64,000 bases of DNA from assembly GCA_965637545.1 (NCBI GenBank), contig OZ281495.1, positions 26,784,001 through 26,848,000 on the forward strand, in the 5' to 3' direction. Shown here in pieces: positions 62,646 through 64,000 of this stretch. The notes below the pieces were generated by a model that saw only the letters and a list, made by a program, of their open reading frames with translations, was not told where the DNA came from and searched no databases. This DNA comes from Phallusia mammillata (taxonomy: Eukaryota). The position numbers and the translations under genes were made by a program. Every line of letters starts with the position of its first letter. Within the stretch, counting starts at the first letter, position 1.

Positions 62646-63423
62646 TCACATTACACTGGTAACAGCGGAGTTCATGGGGCGATTTTTTTCGGTTTTCCCC
62701 GTCGCCCAATGGCGCATGGACTTGTACAGTCGACATACCGATTGTTGGAACTCCTTGTCTCGAAAACTCGTCACCAACACGTTAACTAAACTGTTAAAAA
62801 ATGTGCAAAAATAGTGTTTATAAGTTACCATACCAAAAAAGTTATTTTTCCTACATCACCAAAAACCTATCATACCCTAAAGTTGAAACGCCAAACTATA
62901 TTTAAATAAGTAACACCAGGTTACTCAAAAAAGAATGTTACAAAGAACCCAAAAATATATTTTTGTTTTGGGCACCCAAAGGATCGTTTTGCCGGTTCAT
63001 ACTTGCAAACGTTTTTGGGGAGAAAAAATGCGTGGTTTTGACTTGTTTGGGGATGTCGTCAAAACTGATACTTGCCTGTTTGAGCACACAAGGAGTGTAG
63101 CTGTCATTATTGGAAGTCCGACTTCTCCGCAAGTCAAAACATTACGAAATTCCATTGTCACAACAACGCAAAATGGCACTGCAAAAAACAGGACGAAATG
63201 TTATGTTCTATGTATAAACGATATCTAATGTGCGCTGCAGTTTAAAATTGGCCCACTTACATGTTGCTATCGTGAACCCGGTGTACATTAATCCAATTGT
63301 TTTGATGATGTCAACTTCGAGTTTGTACGATTTTTTGCTACTTTCCGCTCCACGCCTAAATAGACTGGCGGACTTACGCATTTTGTAGCGAAGAACCACT
63401 AAGGTTGTGAAAAACAAAGAGGT
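62646..63423 (-). CDS. 3' part (TM5 end to C-terminus) of a class A-like GPCR; exons 63261-63423, 63076-63178, 62646-62790; upstream exons presumably beyond the window
   Basis: Spliced product TSLFFTTLVVLRYKMRKS..IIKTIGLMYTGFTIATLPFCVVV..IMTATLLVCSNSLVNVLVTSFRDKEFQQSVCRLYK..* gives TM5/ICL3/TM6/TM7/helix 8. Phases are consistent (1,2). Confidence 0.8.
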
Positions 63424-63679
63424 CTGCAAGATAAGTAAAAAGTGTTTAAATGATGTTAAATAAAATGTTTATCTCAGTCTGCAATTCGAACAGTGTTGTC
63501 AGGGTGGTGCCTTTGTTGCCAAATTGGGGTTTTTGACATCGAGGTCCTGGTTGCGCTTTTTGGGCGGAAAAGGTTTGGTTTTTAGATAATTTTGCATACA
63601 TTTTAGCTTGCACGCATCTTGCTGTCAGTACAGGTACAAAGTTCACGAATGACACCAAAACATTGTATAATTAAACTTC

Positions 63680-63938
63680 TTCAGAAAGATGAACATAAAT
63701 TCATAACTTGGATCAGTCCTGAAGCGTCTACTATGCAGACCAGCGCTCACGGCACACCGTAAAGTAGGAAGCATCACAGTACGCCAGGACCATTGAAGGC
63801 GCCAAACCGAATCGACCGGTCACCAAGCACTCACCACGGCAAGTCGTGGGCTAGAAAAATCTAGCCTGTAGTGGGATTCGTACCCACGTCAGGAGTCTCT
63901 CCGGTACTCGCCCTCTACCAACTGAGTTACGCAGGCTC
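63680..63938 (-). mobile_element. Full-length tRNA-derived SINE
   Basis: Minus strand GAGCCTGCGTAACTCAGTTGGTAGAG (A box) .. GGTACGAATCC (B box), followed by a ~190-nt body shared with the 21164 and 61956 copies. Confidence 0.88.
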
Positions 63939-64000
63939 AGTGGAGAATCCGTTGAAAGTTGAACCACAAGCACCGTTGCCTTCCTCGTATGCTGCACATG

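Noticed and set aside
63860-63938. tRNA gene
   Set aside because: A and B boxes are present, but there is no clean anticodon arm. The sequence continues into a body repeated at 21164 and 61956, so it is a SINE head.

Overview
AT-rich, intron-containing eukaryotic DNA from a compact invertebrate genome. Chordate-like proteins and short introns suggest an ascidian/tunicate (inference). Gene order: (1) 3' end of an N-terminal-agrin (NtA) domain gene with a large Lys/Arg insert; (2) a 3-exon signal peptide + ShKT gene; (3) mitochondrial IDH2 (-, 10 coding exons); (4) a young non-autonomous LTR element with apparently identical 289-bp LTRs; (5) a 15-exon SLC5A8/A12/A6/NIS-type sodium:solute symporter; (6) an ~18-kb tandem array of intronless class I SAM methyltransferases (4 intact copies, 4 pseudogenes or fragments); (7) a transducin-gamma-like G-protein gamma subunit; (8) VMP1 (-) head-to-head with MRPS30/mL65 (+); (9) the 3' end of an atypical class A GPCR (-). 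The window is dense in hAT-type MITEs (8-bp TSDs, often nested), tRNA-derived SINEs and Penelope-like remnants. The most notable non-coding signal is a complete type I hammerhead ribozyme on the sense strand of an SLC5 intron, preceded by an antisense copy of itself that could sequester it. All calls were made by eye. Family assignments rely on recalled motifs; no searches were run.
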